NCBI GenBank assembly: GCA_964016885.1
Contig: OZ024743.1
Span: forward strand, 288,858,001-288,922,000
Reading direction: 5' to 3'
DNA length: 64,000 nt
DNA from: Eledone cirrhosa
Lineage: Eukaryota
Under the pieces are notes generated by a model. The model saw only the letters and a list, made by a program, of their open reading frames with translations. It had not been told where the DNA came from and made no database searches. A program made the position numbers and the translations under genes. Shown here one piece after another: positions 42,253 through 56,144 of the stretch. Numbering within the stretch: the first letter of the stretch is position 1; each line of letters begins with the position of its first letter.

Positions 42253-42531
42253 CCTACTCGTTCCTATTACCCACTCTACTACCCTAAGTATTGAGTACTT
42301 TGGTGCGTTATGGTCCACCTGGTTCCTTACCACATTTCCTTCGTTATATTTATATATATATATATATACATACATAAATATTCGAGTATATACTTGTGTA
42401 TGTGTATATATTATATATATATACGAGGGGCGACTGAAAGGTTTTGAGCTTCAAAGAAACTTTAAATACACACACATACACACACACACATTTATTTATG
42501 TGTGTATAAATATATATATATATATATATTA

Positions 42532-42573
<42 letters not shown>

Positions 42574-42691
42574 GAGAGAGAGAGAGAGAGAGAGATATAT
42601 AGAGAGAGAGATAGAGAGAGAGAGATAGAGAGAGAGAGATAGAGAGAGAGAGATAGAGAGAGAGAGAGATAGATAGAGAGAGAAAGAGAGT

Positions 42692-42778
<87 letters not shown>

Positions 42779-43525
42779 TGTTCTACCCTATGTGGCTTAA
42801 AATCCAAATTCCTGATCTCCGCGAGATACACTGAGGCATTGAGTGGTTAATATCCTAGATATGATTATACCTTCTGTTATATATCTTGGACTACATTGTA
42901 TAAAAGGAGGGGGAATGGACAGCTAATTTTAGAGTGATCAATCGACAGCGTACGGAACATCTCATTGTCTCATCTGTTGAGTTTTGTATAATTCAACATT
43001 ATATGAAATGACAATTGTATAAAATAGACGAACGTTTCATTGTTGTGCAGGATAGGGAAAGATAGCTAGTATTGTCGTGCTTAAGACAGGGGAAGATAAC
43101 TAGAATTCTTTGCTAATTGGTAGCCTATAAATAAGGTAAAGACGCCGATCTTCTGCACTAGAGCATTGGACTGTCTATTGCTGGTAGTATCTGCCGGACA
43201 AGACGCCTAACAAAACAATTCGAGCTGGGATTTGGAACTCAGAATGAAGTCAGAAGAGATACTGCAAGATATTTTAGTAGTCCATCACATTTCCACTAAT
43301 CCAACACTCATGCACTTTTATTTTTTTCATGTATCGGTATTGAATGAATAGCAGATTGGATATTGGTATGATTTGAACACAAAGTACAGAATCGGACAAA
43401 TAACAAAATGTATTCTTTTCTACGCCTTATATTGATGTTGTTGTCCTTGTATTGAGAGCAGTGGATTTATTGTTCATCGACCTTTACAATCCGTATTTAC
43501 ACTGCACTTTACACACACAAACATG

Positions 43526-43604
<79 letters not shown>

Positions 43605-43769
43605 CATGCCGTAAAAAGTAATCTCTCCTGGGAGGTGTGGGATGGACGCACAAACATTGCGTATCCTGAGACAAAATCCCGTGGCTCCGGTACCGTAGAT
43701 TGGGATGGAAAGTCCACTATTCAGGCTTGGCACCATAAATGACTACACAGACGGGAGTAGGGATTCTCA

Positions 43770-44180
43770 CAAGCCCCTGCTTGTCAGAATATGTTATGGA
43801 CTGGATGCAATTAGGAGAGGGATTTATTTATTGAATCTTAGGTTGGTGTATGTTTATGTACCAAACAAGGAGTCCGAATATTGATCCCTCCTTGATGAAG
43901 TCACTGCAGCGTTAGATGTAATAAAGAGTCACATATCCTAAAGGAAGACATCATTGCACATGCTGGCACTTACCACCCGACATGAAGAGGTGTGATTAGA
44001 AGGAACGGCGATTACGATATAAATACGAATAGAGCGGCCCTATTAGATATCTGTTCTAGCAATATACTCTATATTATGAACAGCTTCTTCTAGCACAGAG
44101 ACATCCATAAATATACATGGTATAAGGGGAATCAGGAATAGAGATCAATAATTAATTTTCTTATTGTCTCTGATCTCTAC
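43770..44180 (+). mobile_element. Degraded RTE LINE AP-endonuclease fragment
   Basis: RGVIRRNGDYDINTNRAALLDICSSNILSIMNSFF*HRDIHKYTWYKG..RSIINFLIVSD. Confidence 0.8.
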
Positions 44181-44361
44181 GATTCTGTGCTGTATCTGTC
44201 CTTCTATTTCTCTTTCTTTCCCTTTCTTACTTTGTAGCCAACTATGTATCGAATTATCGAATTATACTTCGCTCTCTATATTTCATTGGCTTCGTATGTT
44301 TATACCATTTTCTCACCTTTCTTTCATCAAGCCACCACATACTCCTCATTTCTCTCTCTTT

Positions 44362-44452
<91 letters not shown>

Positions 44453-44532
44453 ATATACATCCAATATAACTGAGTAATTTTGCTTCCGGTGTTTTGTTTC
44501 TTTCATTTATAAACTATATTTATAAATTCAAA

Positions 44533-44613
<81 letters not shown>

Positions 44614-44675
44614 CTCTCTCTATATAAAATAAAGTTAAATAAAAGTCAAATGATTAAAATTTAGCTTCGTTTATT

Positions 44676-44730
44676 ACTGCTATATATATTTCAGTGACAG
44701 CCATCTTTGGCTGTGACCTCTTCAGGCAGT
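44676..44730 (-). ncRNA. Hammerhead ribozyme
   Basis: Reverse complement of 44929-44983. Confidence 0.85.
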
Positions 44731-44928
44731 TTGAATTAGTATGGTATAGACAAGTACATATGTTGTTTAGGTGTATGATATTGTCAATACTCTGATATGC
44801 CCAGTTCCTTGTTGGGTTGTTAGTTCCCCAGTGAATTAACAACCCAACAAGGAACTGGGCATATCAGAGTATTGACAATATCATACACCTAAACAACATA
44901 TGTACTTGTCTATACCATACTAATTCAA

Positions 44929-44983
44929 ACTGCCTGAAGAGGTCACAGCCAAAGATGGCTGTCACTGAAATATATATAGCAGT
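44929..44983 (+). ncRNA. Hammerhead ribozyme
   Basis: actgc CTGAAGA ggt-c-acagcca aaga tggctgt-c-act GAAA tatat ATA gcagt. Confidence 0.85.
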
Positions 44984-45259
44984 AATAAACGAAGCTAAAT
45001 TTTAATCATTTGACTTTTATTTAACTTTATTTTACACTACTCCGGAGTAACCAAACCAACCTGCGCTCTTCGTCGAGTGCTCCAGCCTGCATACTGAGGT
45101 GTTGGTATACAACCAACATAAACTCAAAATCTCTCTCTCTATATATATATATAAAGAGTCGATGCTCCGAATCTTTCTAATGTAGTCATACACCACTATC
45201 CCAAGTATACAGTACTCTGGTGAATAATGCTCTTACCAGTTTAAAACTGGTTAAATCCT

Positions 45260-45331
<72 letters not shown>

Positions 45332-45336
<5 letters not shown>

Positions 45337-47480
45337 AGGATGAATATAAAATGAAAGTGCTTTTTTTAAAAAGGAATTTATTAGGTATTGACATATGTTT
45401 CTGTAACAGACGGAATACCTATGTATCGCTGCTTGCGTAATCATATAATGTTAGCAAGTATTCGATAGCAAATGTATAATCAGTTGTCACTTCTTCAGAG
45501 ATTTTGGATAAATTGGATAAAATCAGAAAAATTGAAGTATTTATATTAGTAATAGAGGAAGAAACAGAGGGGATAGTATATGACAGATGGTAAATTAATT
45601 TACTGCTAAACAAGTATATAATGGGTTTCTAATGAGAATACCATGAGTAAATCTAAATAAGAATTTTGGGAGTGCCAATTTTAATCTCTACTTGACGAAC
45701 TGGACAGTGGACAGGGCTAGTCATTTGGTGCAGTAGTATTAATTATAAAGTGTCAATTGGGGAAGGGGGAGATTTCAATTGCTACTAAATAACATCAATG
45801 CTAGTAGCCAGCTGGTATATGCATTAGGGAATTGAATCAAGAAATCAGAAATCTCATTTTATCTATAGCAGTTTGTATTAAAAGGTAAATAATAGAAGAG
45901 TTGATAGAATTAAGACTAATAAAGAATGTTAATATCTATTTTGACAATCAACGAGGATATTAAAACCAATCTACCCTCAAAATTCTTTCGATTAGTTAAA
46001 AAACACTTTCCAACATCACATAAATATAATAAAATCTTAAACCCTAACACTATTCGACTTTCATATTCAACCGCCCCTAATATTGAACAACATATAAAAA
46101 AGCTTAACGCAAAACGGTTGTATAAACGCCTTCCAACACATAACAATACACGTAAAACATTAGCTATAACATCACAAAACAACAAACAACACCCTGTCCT
46201 ACATAAGCAACCTCATCAACCCATCCATGGCAATACAACAACGTAAAATTATAATTGCAACTGTGTCCAACCAGGAATGTGTCCGTTGAACAATCAGTGT
46301 CTTGAACGCAACATCGTATACAAATGTACTATCGAATCGGATAGACAGAAGTGGTACTATGTGGGATCTACAGCCACCTCCTTCAAATCACGCCTTTATA
46401 GACATCGTTACTCGATAAAACATGAAAGCCAGCGTTATGTAACAACACTCGCAGACAAGGCTTGGCAGCTGCGTGAAAATAACCAACAATTTCACCTAAA
46501 ATGGGATATAATAGCGGCTGCCCCCCCCCCCCATATCCCATGGACAGGAATTTTGTAAATTATGTAATGTAGAATTATTTTGTATTATGAAATCCAAAAA
46601 CATTTTATTAAATAACAGAATAGAACGATCGTTATACTGTAACCATCGCTTAAAATCTACATTTTCATATTATAAATACTTGTTTCTACTTTAGGCACAA
46701 GGCCAGCAATTACCCAGTGATAAATACTACCAGGATTGAACGCCTGTCTCTATCCCCGTTTGATTGTCAAAATAGATATTAACATTCTTTATTAGTCTTA
46801 ATTCTATCAACTCTTCTATTATTTACCTTTTAATACAAACTGCTATAGATAAAATGAAATTTCTGATTTCTTGATTCAATTCCCTAATGCATATACCAGC
46901 TGGCTACTAGCATTGATGTTATTTAGTAGCAATTGAAATCTCCCCCTTCCCCAATTGACACTTTATAATTAATACTACTGCACCAAATGACCAGCCCTGT
47001 CCACTGTCCAGTTGGTCAAGTAGAGATTAAAATTGGCACTCCCAAAATTTTTATTTAGATTTACTCATGGTATTCTCATTAGAAACCCATTATATACTTG
47101 TTTAGCAGTAAATTAATTTACCATCTGTCATATACTATCCCCTCTGTTTCTTCCTCTATTACTAATATAAATACTTCAATTTTTCTGATTTTATCCAATT
47201 TATCCAAAATCTCTGAAGAAGTGACAACTGATTATACATTTGCTATCGAATACTTGCTAACATTATATGATTACGCAAGCAGCGATACATAGGTATTCCG
47301 TCTGTTACAGAAATATATGTCAATACCTAATAAATTCCTTTTTAAAAAAAGCACTTTCATTTTATATTCATCCTTTCTACATTTCTCCGGAATATAATTT
47401 ATACTCGTTGAACAAACCTGCACGTACGCTGTTCATCTCTAACGTAACGATATATTATCACTACATTATTGATAACCTAA

Positions 47481-47490
<10 letters not shown>
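45332..47490 (+). mobile_element. Penelope-like element with ~620-bp inverted pLTRs
   Basis: 45332-45951 is inverted relative to 46760-47379. These arms enclose the GIY-YIG remnant, and a tail runs to about 47490. (TA)n flanks both sides. Confidence 0.92.
45950..46680 (+). pseudogene. PLE linker plus GIY-YIG endonuclease remnant (one stop, frameshifts)
   Basis: KFFRLVKKHFP...IRLSYS, CNC..CPLNNQC, IVY...YVG, FKSRLYRH, CKLC..E, LLN and CNH. Confidence 0.9.
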
Positions 47491-47538
<48 letters not shown>

Positions 47539-47662
47539 AGGAGGTGAGTTTTATTGAAGTACCATAAAGCAATGCAGATATCGGATAAGAAGCACTCTAC
47601 AGTTTGTAGGACTGGAGTATACATAATATATAAGATCAAAAGATGGTTAAAAGAGTTCCATG

Positions 47663-47733
47663 TATTTTATTATGCGCATTTCAAAAACAAATATCATCAT
47701 GCAATAACATTTGTGTTTTCATCAGATTAAATA
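47663..47733 (-). ncRNA. Hammerhead ribozyme
   Basis: Reverse complement of 49189-49259, with one stem I mismatch. Confidence 0.75.
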
Positions 47734-49188
47734 GGAAGACATGATATGACGGTTAAAAAACACTTGTGGATAGTGCAGTTTTAAATCAACACATGAAAAC
47801 TAGTTTTAGATTGATGTGTGATATTGGGGAAACATTTTTTTTAGGGGGGGAGGATGAAAAAGAGGAGATGTGAATAAAAAGTGGAGGGGGAGGAGTATAA
47901 TGAGGAAGGATGAGATAGGAGGAGAGATGGGTGATAGAGAGAGAGAGAGAAAGCTTTTAAAACTGAGAAAAATATATTGTTTTACATAGAGAGGTTGAAA
48001 AACCGTTGGAAGATAATGTATAAATTAAAAGAATTTGAAAATTAACGAAGAGAAAAATAATGTAAAGTTCAGGTTTGTATATTGAAGGGTTTAATAATAT
48101 GTGCGATGAAAAGAAATTGTTAATATGTATTAAGAATAATATTTAAGGGTTTAATAATATGTGCGATGGAAAGAAAATGTTAATATGTATTAAGAATAAT
48201 ATTTAAGGGCTTAATAATATGTGCGATGGAAAGAAAATGTTGATATGTATTATTAAAAATAGCAAAGGTAATGTAAGTAAGGATATATTGTGAAAAAAAG
48301 TAGAAGATAGGATGAAATATGAAAGTGAGAAAAAAATAATGAATTGAGGATGAATAATCTAACGTCAAAAAAATGTTTATGTTTACGAAGGATTTTTTCA
48401 AGGTGATATAAAGTAAGAATATATTGTATTGTGTAATAATTGTTTCTATGTTAGGCACAGTGAGAAAAGGTACAGATTAGGGGTTAGAAATTAAAAGAAA
48501 AAGAAAAGAAAAGGAAAAGGAAGAAAGGGAAGTGATAAATAGGAGTGATATAGAATGAGTAACAAATATTATATAATGTATATTAAATAACTTTGAAATA
48601 AGGTAGAAAGATGGGTATATTTTTAAAGAAGTATATATATATATGTGCCTTTGAGAAAAGGATTCTAAATTGATAAAGTTTTGGATATTTGCTGTATATT
48701 ATGCAATCTCTGTCTAAATGAAAAATTTACCATTATATCCAATTTAGATTCTATAATAAATAGACGCACTGACTTGTTTTCTCTCTGCTTGCATACATTC
48801 CACAGAACATTCCATAAAGTATTATTAAACCCTTCAATATACAAACCTTAACTTTACATTATTTTTCTCTTCGTTAATTTTCAAATTCTTTTAATTTATA
48901 CATTATCTTCCAACGGTTTTTCAACCTCTCTATGTAAAACAATATATTTTTATCAGTTATAAAAGCTATCTCTCTCTCTCTATCACCCATCTCTCCTCCT
49001 ATCTCATCCTTCCTCATTATACTCCTCCCCCTCCACTTTTTACTCTCATCTCCTCCTCTTTCCCCCCCCCCCCCTCAAAAATATTTTTTTCCCCCCACTA
49101 TCACACATCAATCTAAAACTACTTTTCATATGTTGATTTAAAACTGCACTATCCACAAGTGTTTTTTAACCTTCATATCATGTCTTCC

Positions 49189-49259
49189 TATTTTATCTGA
49201 TGAAAACACAAATGTTATTGCATGATGATATTTGTTTTTGAAATGCGCATAATAAAATA
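49189..49259 (+). ncRNA. Hammerhead ribozyme
   Basis: tattttat CTGATGA aaaca caaatgtta..tgatatttg tttt GAAA tgcgc ATA ataaaata, with the palindrome atgcgcat. Confidence 0.82.
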
Positions 49260-49289
49260 CATGGAACTCTTTTAAACATCTTTTGATCT

Positions 49290-49359
<70 letters not shown>

Positions 49360-50491
49360 GAATACTGTTCAACCTAGCGAATTCTGATCCCTTATAATCT
49401 GAATACAGATGTGTATATATCTGTGTTTCTCTCTCTTTATATTGAATTATATTACACGGCCCGACAATTTGTTTCCTTGAGCTAATTTTAATTGTAAGGG
49501 ACCTTAATAAGTTTCTAACTCTTTAATGTCCCTTACAATTCGTAAGGGACCTTAATTTCATAATTCGTTGAGTGAGTAAAGTGTGCAAGTGAAATTATAG
49601 TTGATACCATAACCTCGCTCATTTCACGTTATTACCCTCCACACATCTGGCAGAAATGAGGGTTATCTATAATTCTAGGGGTTATACTGAATCACCCAGA
49701 GAACTACGTGAAGAGTGCGTATGTTGGTGGAAACCTCAGCCATTCATAAATAAAACTTCACGAGCAGATAGTTCTGTTGATGTAAATCCCTGGAGCAATC
49801 ACCGTCAAAAATGACGAAGGTCCAACAACAACACAGACGCACACACACAAACAGATACACACACATATATATATACATTTTGACATTTCTCAATGCTTTA
49901 TTTGTATTACAAATGTACTTCTTCAGAATTATCTTACTACCAGTCATCCCTATACTCTCTATCATTTCACTTATTACGTGCACCTTGCACCCTATTCTAG
50001 ATTGTAAAACCTAGTTGCGTCCCCCTATCAATTTGTCGGTATGTCTGTCATTTCGTTTCATCTTCACATTTATTAGTGGTTTTATTATTACACAACTATT
50101 TTATGGCTTCACAGTCAATATTGTTTCGGGTTACATGTTCTAAATAAGAAAATAACAAGGAATATAATCGTGTTGTACATAAATATAAATAATTTATATA
50201 GATATATATATAGTTACATACATACACATATTACATACAAAGACATGCATACACACACATAGAGTCATCTCATTAGACAGACACATACATACATACCCCT
50301 ACATATACATCATATATATAGATACATTTATATACATATGCATAAGCTTATTAAATGATATAAACATTACCAAATACTTCTATTTACGCATAGAATTAGA
50401 TATATAACTATTTACACACACACAGACGCACACACACACATATATATATAATATATATATACACATGTGTGTATGTATAACTGTGTGTGTA

Positions 50492-50579
<88 letters not shown>

Positions 50580-51279
50580 TTACGAAAGTCGCTGATGTTA
50601 TTTCAGCGATCTCCTGAGATCAACTTGGCGTTTCATCGCTTTCAGTGTAGGTCAAATAAATTACCAATTTGGAGTTATTAGAGAATGCCTTACAATATTT
50701 GTCCTGTCTCTTTGCATTCCGAGTAGAAATGCCGCAATCATATATTGGGTGATATATTAAATTCGTTATCTGTTTAACACTACGACCTGACATTTCTGTT
50801 GCCAACATTCAATCCTGGTATTCGGTTTAAGAACATCTTTCTTACTCCCTCTTACTAAGTCTTGGTGGTCATGAAATGTGTCACGGTCACTAATTTTCCT
50901 TCATTCACCTAGCAGAAAAAGAAAGAAAAATGTAAGACAAAGAGATTAGGCGAAATACAATGATATAGAGAGAATAAAATGTAGTATAAATGGTAATTAA
51001 TAGGGAAAAAGATGCATAAATGAATGAGAATTAATGAATGATCTAGTATTACCGTTTATTCCCGTTTTCACGGGAATGCAAGCCTGCCTTCCGAATGGGG
51101 CGTCCCGTTAGTACTCATTTTAAGCTGACTGATCTGGAGCAGTCGCACATAAAGGGTATTGTGCAGAGGAAAATTCATCAACTTGTCTGGGAATAGAAAC
51201 CTATAACCTAACAATCTAGAATTCAACAACCTAACCACAAGAATACGCACCGTCCACGTTAAATGAACACTTTCTGATT

Positions 51280-51480
51280 TAGGGAGAAGGCCAACAATAT
51301 TGAGGGAAGAAGAAAGTCGATTAAATACACTCCAGTTTGAAGTGGTGCTTTATTTCATCGACCCCTTAAAGATTAAAGTCAAAGCTAACGTCGGCGGGAT
51401 TTGAACCCAGAACTTAAAGGGACACAACTATATGCCACAAATTATGTTGCCCGTCGTTCTACCGATACTGCCAATCCATC
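51280..51480 (-). mobile_element. Diverged SINE
   Basis: ggcgggatttgaacccag...ctaccgatactgccaatcca. Confidence 0.75.
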
Positions 51481-51538
51481 TCCCTCTTGCACGTTAAAAT
51501 ATTACAGGAATTAATATGAAAATGAGATTGCATACTAA

Positions 51539-51611
<73 letters not shown>

Positions 51612-54600
51612 GTATATATATATATATTGTGTGTGTGTTTGTCTGCATGTCTAAAGTATTTATGTTTTTATTGCTTTACTACCTTTCTGACAACAACAGC
51701 AATGTCAACACCAGCTTCATCATTAACATGAACACTTCCACTATGTGCACTATCACACTCTAAACTATAATACTACCTTCAGCATGAAGAATATGTGTAT
51801 CACGACAATGATCATCATAATCCCAATCATCATCATCAACATCACTGTTATCATTATCATCGTCACTCCACCAACATTACCATCATCACAACCACCAGCG
51901 ACGCTATCATGCTCATCATCATCATCATCACTATTATCATAAATAACAACAACGCAATAAACCTGAAATGCAATGATTATTATTGTTTTCCCACTGGTCT
52001 CTGCCATACGTATTATTAAATATTCATTAGATATTGTAAATATTTGATGATCCTTCCAACCCATTCTAATCTTCAAGCCGATTATGTAGCAGACAGAGAA
52101 ATTACTGTTCGCACTCACCTCTTCACCAATCTTCTACTTCTTCACCTTCACCACTACCATAATATTATTATTGTTGTGGTCTTTACTTCTGCTGTTGTTG
52201 TTGTTGTTGTTATGCTATTATCATTATTTTAATATGGGTGTGGGGCAGTTGCGAAATGATGGACAGACGGACACACTCAATTTGATAACAACTTCTTGAA
52301 GATTGCTATTGTTTTTAATATATCATTTTTTACCCCCAGTTGTTCTTTCCGACGTCTGTGTTGTCGCTATCGTTGTCTTCTATTCGTATCATGGTATTGA
52401 TATTGCTGTCCTTGTTTATTGATGTTGTCATCATTATTGTCGATGTGTTGTTTTATTTGTTATTGTCGGTGACATCCTGGTTGTTGTTGTTGTTTTTGTA
52501 CCGGCAATGTATTAAGAAGAAAACAATAATAAGATTAAAAATGATCTGTAAACGTGTTTAATTTAGGCGGAAACATTGCCTCTCTCCACAAATAAAAAAA
52601 TAAAGAAATATAAGAAGGAAAATGAAATAAAATGAAATAAAACATAAAAATGCAACATTTTCTTCATAATGTTTTAATCTTGTGTTTAAATATAAAAAGA
52701 GCAAGAAAAATTATGAAAACAAACGCGATTGTCAAGATGGCCGAAGGAGAAGAATGTCGTTGTTTAAATGCTTTTTAAAATATGTATATTCCTTTCATCC
52801 CTTGGGATTCTGAGTTCAAATCCAGCCTGGATTGAATTTGCTTTTCAATTTCATTAGAATAATTTACTGATGATGACATTAATTAAATACAATGACCGTC
52901 TGCTTCCGAGAATTCCCTATAGTCTCAAGTAGGTTCGTCATAATAAAGGGTGTTAATTTGACAGACACTGCAGGATGCCTGAACTAAACGAATTTTATTT
53001 CGTTAGTCACTTCTGCGCTATGAATATCAAATTCCATAAGCTAAGTACTAGTAATATATTGTGTGCCATTTTCAGAACTCAATCAGTTGAATCGGTGGAT
53101 CACAAAGTGGTGTGTCTACATAGAAAAAAAGATGAAAAAAGAAAAAAAAAAGAAAAACATGCTCTCAGTTTCAACTGTCAGCTGAATGCCATGAAACAAA
53201 CACTTACTTCTTTAATGAAATGGTTGATGATGCTTTGTTGATACTACTTTCGAATTTTGGGTTCAATAATTGATAGTTTTAAAAGATCATAATCTAAAAG
53301 CTTCTAAATATTTTACACAATTCCTATGAACTTTAGAATTATAAAAAAATTACCTTTATCAGCCTTATTGCGATATTTATACATTGTATGCTGCAACATA
53401 GCTAATAGATCCCCAATACTATTTTTATGGACCACCAGTAGTTCACGAACCAAAGCTAGTGAGCCTTATAGCGTACGGGATTAAATAGCAACATGTTTTC
53501 AGATAATAAAATTGGTTGTACAGGTTGGAGGATAGTAGAATCAGCAAAAGTAAATAATGAAAGAAACATAAATAATTAAACTTTGCGGTATTTTATCTTA
53601 GGCAAGAGCATCGGTATGAGCTCTGTACCTGTTAAAATGTACAACTAAATCGTCTTATCGGACAGTCGTTAGATCGTAAGACATAATGCGTTGCGTCATA
53701 TGTTACAAGTCTTTGACCTAGAAGTTCAAATATTACTGGAGCCAACCACATTTTTCATGCCTTTCGAGGTTGATAAAATGAAATACCAATGTAATTCGGT
53801 AGCTAGGCAGAATTGTTAGAATGGCGAGCCTTGTGGTATTTGTTTCCATTCTTTCATTACCGTGTTGAAATACCTGTGGACTACTCAGCTACTCAGTGTG
53901 TAGATATAAACCGTTATTCTGTTTCACGCCACCATCTCATATTTTGGCTACCCCCAGCGGAGACTACTCTGTTGCAAACATTGTAATCTGATCCCGGGTG
54001 TGAGATTACCTTCCACCATCACATCAGTCACAGAGACCCTAAACAAATGTTATAAGTCCTACTTTTTCTCTATGAAAAACAGTAGACTGAAAACAGTCTT
54101 ATTGAAGAAAATGAAGGATTAAATAGATAATTTTGGCCCAGAAATGCTATGCTTTTACGACGATAATAGTGATGGCGATGATGATGATGATAATGATAAT
54201 GATGATGATGATAATGATGATGGTCGTCGTTGTCGTCGCCGTTCTCATAGTAGTAATCGTGATGGTTTTGATGATGATGCTAATGCTGATTAGGATGATG
54301 ATAATCATCATTCTGAAACTCAGAGCCTATTAAGAATAATTAATAACACCACCCAAATCAGCCCGCCTTTTACTTCACATACTGTTGGCATCAACAAAGT
54401 CCATCAACCTTCTTGAGTAATTTAAACAGATACCAGTAATATATTGTGGTAAAATCATTCAGCTATTCACCGTCTTTCACGAAAATTATGAAAGTGCACA
54501 AAATGGTAAGAATCAATATTTGTTATTATTTCTTACATCCTATATTTAAATGATCTGATTCGCCGTAGGGTTGTTGCTTTGCGCTAATTACTTCCATCTT

Positions 54601-54926
54601 TTAGCGAAGGCTATTTTTACCTGTCTTTTTTCTTCAGCACTGATGAATAAAGTACCATCTCACAGCTGCAATTGTTAGGTCTCTGTATCAAAATTTTAGT
54701 TCTGAGTTCAAATTCTACCGCTTCATGGCGTAAAAATGGGTCTTCGAGAAGAGCCGCCAAGGCCACAAAGGAAGGCCTCTCGACTGGAAAAACATCCGGG
54801 TCGAAATATTGTAATGATGAGAAATCTCTATACTGTTAGGGTTGAGAAAATATAAATACGACGGCTCAGTAAATTCATTAAGATGGTGAGAGTAGTAATG
54901 ATGGAGAATGTTAAGGCAGAGAGAGC

Positions 54927-54977
<51 letters not shown>

Positions 54978-54999
54978 GGGGGAGAGAGAGAGAGAGGGG

Positions 55000-55055
<56 letters not shown>

Positions 55056-55181
55056 AGAAAGAGGGTAAGGTGGTGAGAGTGGTGAGGGGGAGAGAGAGTG
55101 TGTAAAACAGAAGTGCAGCATGATGAAGGTAAAAAAATATAGAGAGGGACGGAATTATACGTGTAAATAATGAGTAAATAA

Positions 55182-55376
55182 TAATTGTTTCTACTTTTTG
55201 GCACTAGGCCAGCAATTAATCCAGTGTATTACTGGTAATTTATTTTATCGACCCCGTAAGGATGAAAGGCAAAGTTAACCTCGGCGGGATTTGAACTCAG
55301 TCCGTAAAGGGATGTAACTGTGCTACAAAGCATGGGCGTCCTCCGACCTTCTACCGATACTGCCAATCCACCGCCC
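55182..55376 (-). mobile_element. Full-length tRNA-derived SINE
   Basis: Reverse complement of the consensus, with A and B boxes. Confidence 0.88.
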
Positions 55377-55527
55377 TTTTAATGATACATCACAAATATA
55401 GAGTAAGATAAAAAATGACATATTGAGAGGTAAAGATATATGCTGACTAGTGTTTGAATAAGATAGATATAGACAGGTACAGTGACAAACAGACAATGTG
55501 TTAGTCAAAATGAAAGAGGAATGTGGG

Positions 55528-55714
55528 AGTGGATTGGCAGTATCGGTAGAGGGTCTGACGCCATGCTTTGCAGCAAAGAGTTACGGCCCTTTATGGTCTG
55601 AGTTCAAATCCCGCCGAGGTTAACTTCACCTTTCATCCTTACGGGGTCGAAATAAAGTACCAGTAATACACTGTGATAATTGCTGGCCTTGTGCCAAAAA
55701 GTAGAAACAATTAT
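55528..55714 (+). mobile_element. Full-length tRNA-derived SINE
   Basis: gtggattggcagtatcggtagag...gagttcaaatcccgccgagg...gtagaaacaatt. Confidence 0.88.
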
Positions 55715-55980
55715 CTATAAGAAGGAATAAAATTATGATGCTGTACACGCTGGTTGGTAAGAGTAGTTCAGTGAATAATGACACTATTTCAACGTGAGGA
55801 CAGATAGATAAATTGTCTACTTACAATAAGTCATTAGTGATGACTGCCTTCCTCTTGAAACATTTCATGTATTAATGACTATCAATAAAACTAAAAAAAA
55901 AACAAAAAAAAAACGTATACTCATAGAAAAACACAAACGCAAACATATACTCAAGCACACACGAACATTCACGCAAACGC

Positions 55981-56069
<89 letters not shown>

Positions 56070-56092
56070 GCAATGTCTTTCTATCTCTCACG

Positions 56093-56144
<52 letters not shown>

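Larger units (their letters stand above)
40098..42347 (+). mobile_element. Penelope-like element (ORF, long pyrimidine-rich 3' region, family B HHR and tail) ending at TA
   Basis: The ORF above plus a terminal segment shared with 8954-9150 and 62925-63062. Continuity of the intervening 3' region is inferred. Confidence 0.7.
44625..45130. mobile_element. Perfect palindromic element: 198-bp arms, 14-bp spacer and a ~95-bp tail
   Basis: 44625-44822 is the reverse complement of 44837-45034. Microsatellites flank the element. Confidence 0.9.
47623..49299. mobile_element. Element with ~475-bp inverted arms, each carrying an HHR
   Basis: 47623-48098 is inverted relative to 48820-49299. There is an internal 60-bp tandem repeat at about 48086-48255. 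TA tracts flank the element. Confidence 0.85.

Noticed and set aside
42422-42451. Mariner-like terminus tacgaggggcg..., and hAT-like cagtggcggactggg at 38018
   Set aside because: I found no partner terminal repeat or transposase.
55182-55714. Apparent inverted repeat or tRNA genes
   Set aside because: These are two independent, oppositely oriented SINE copies. They have A/B boxes but no full cloverleaf.
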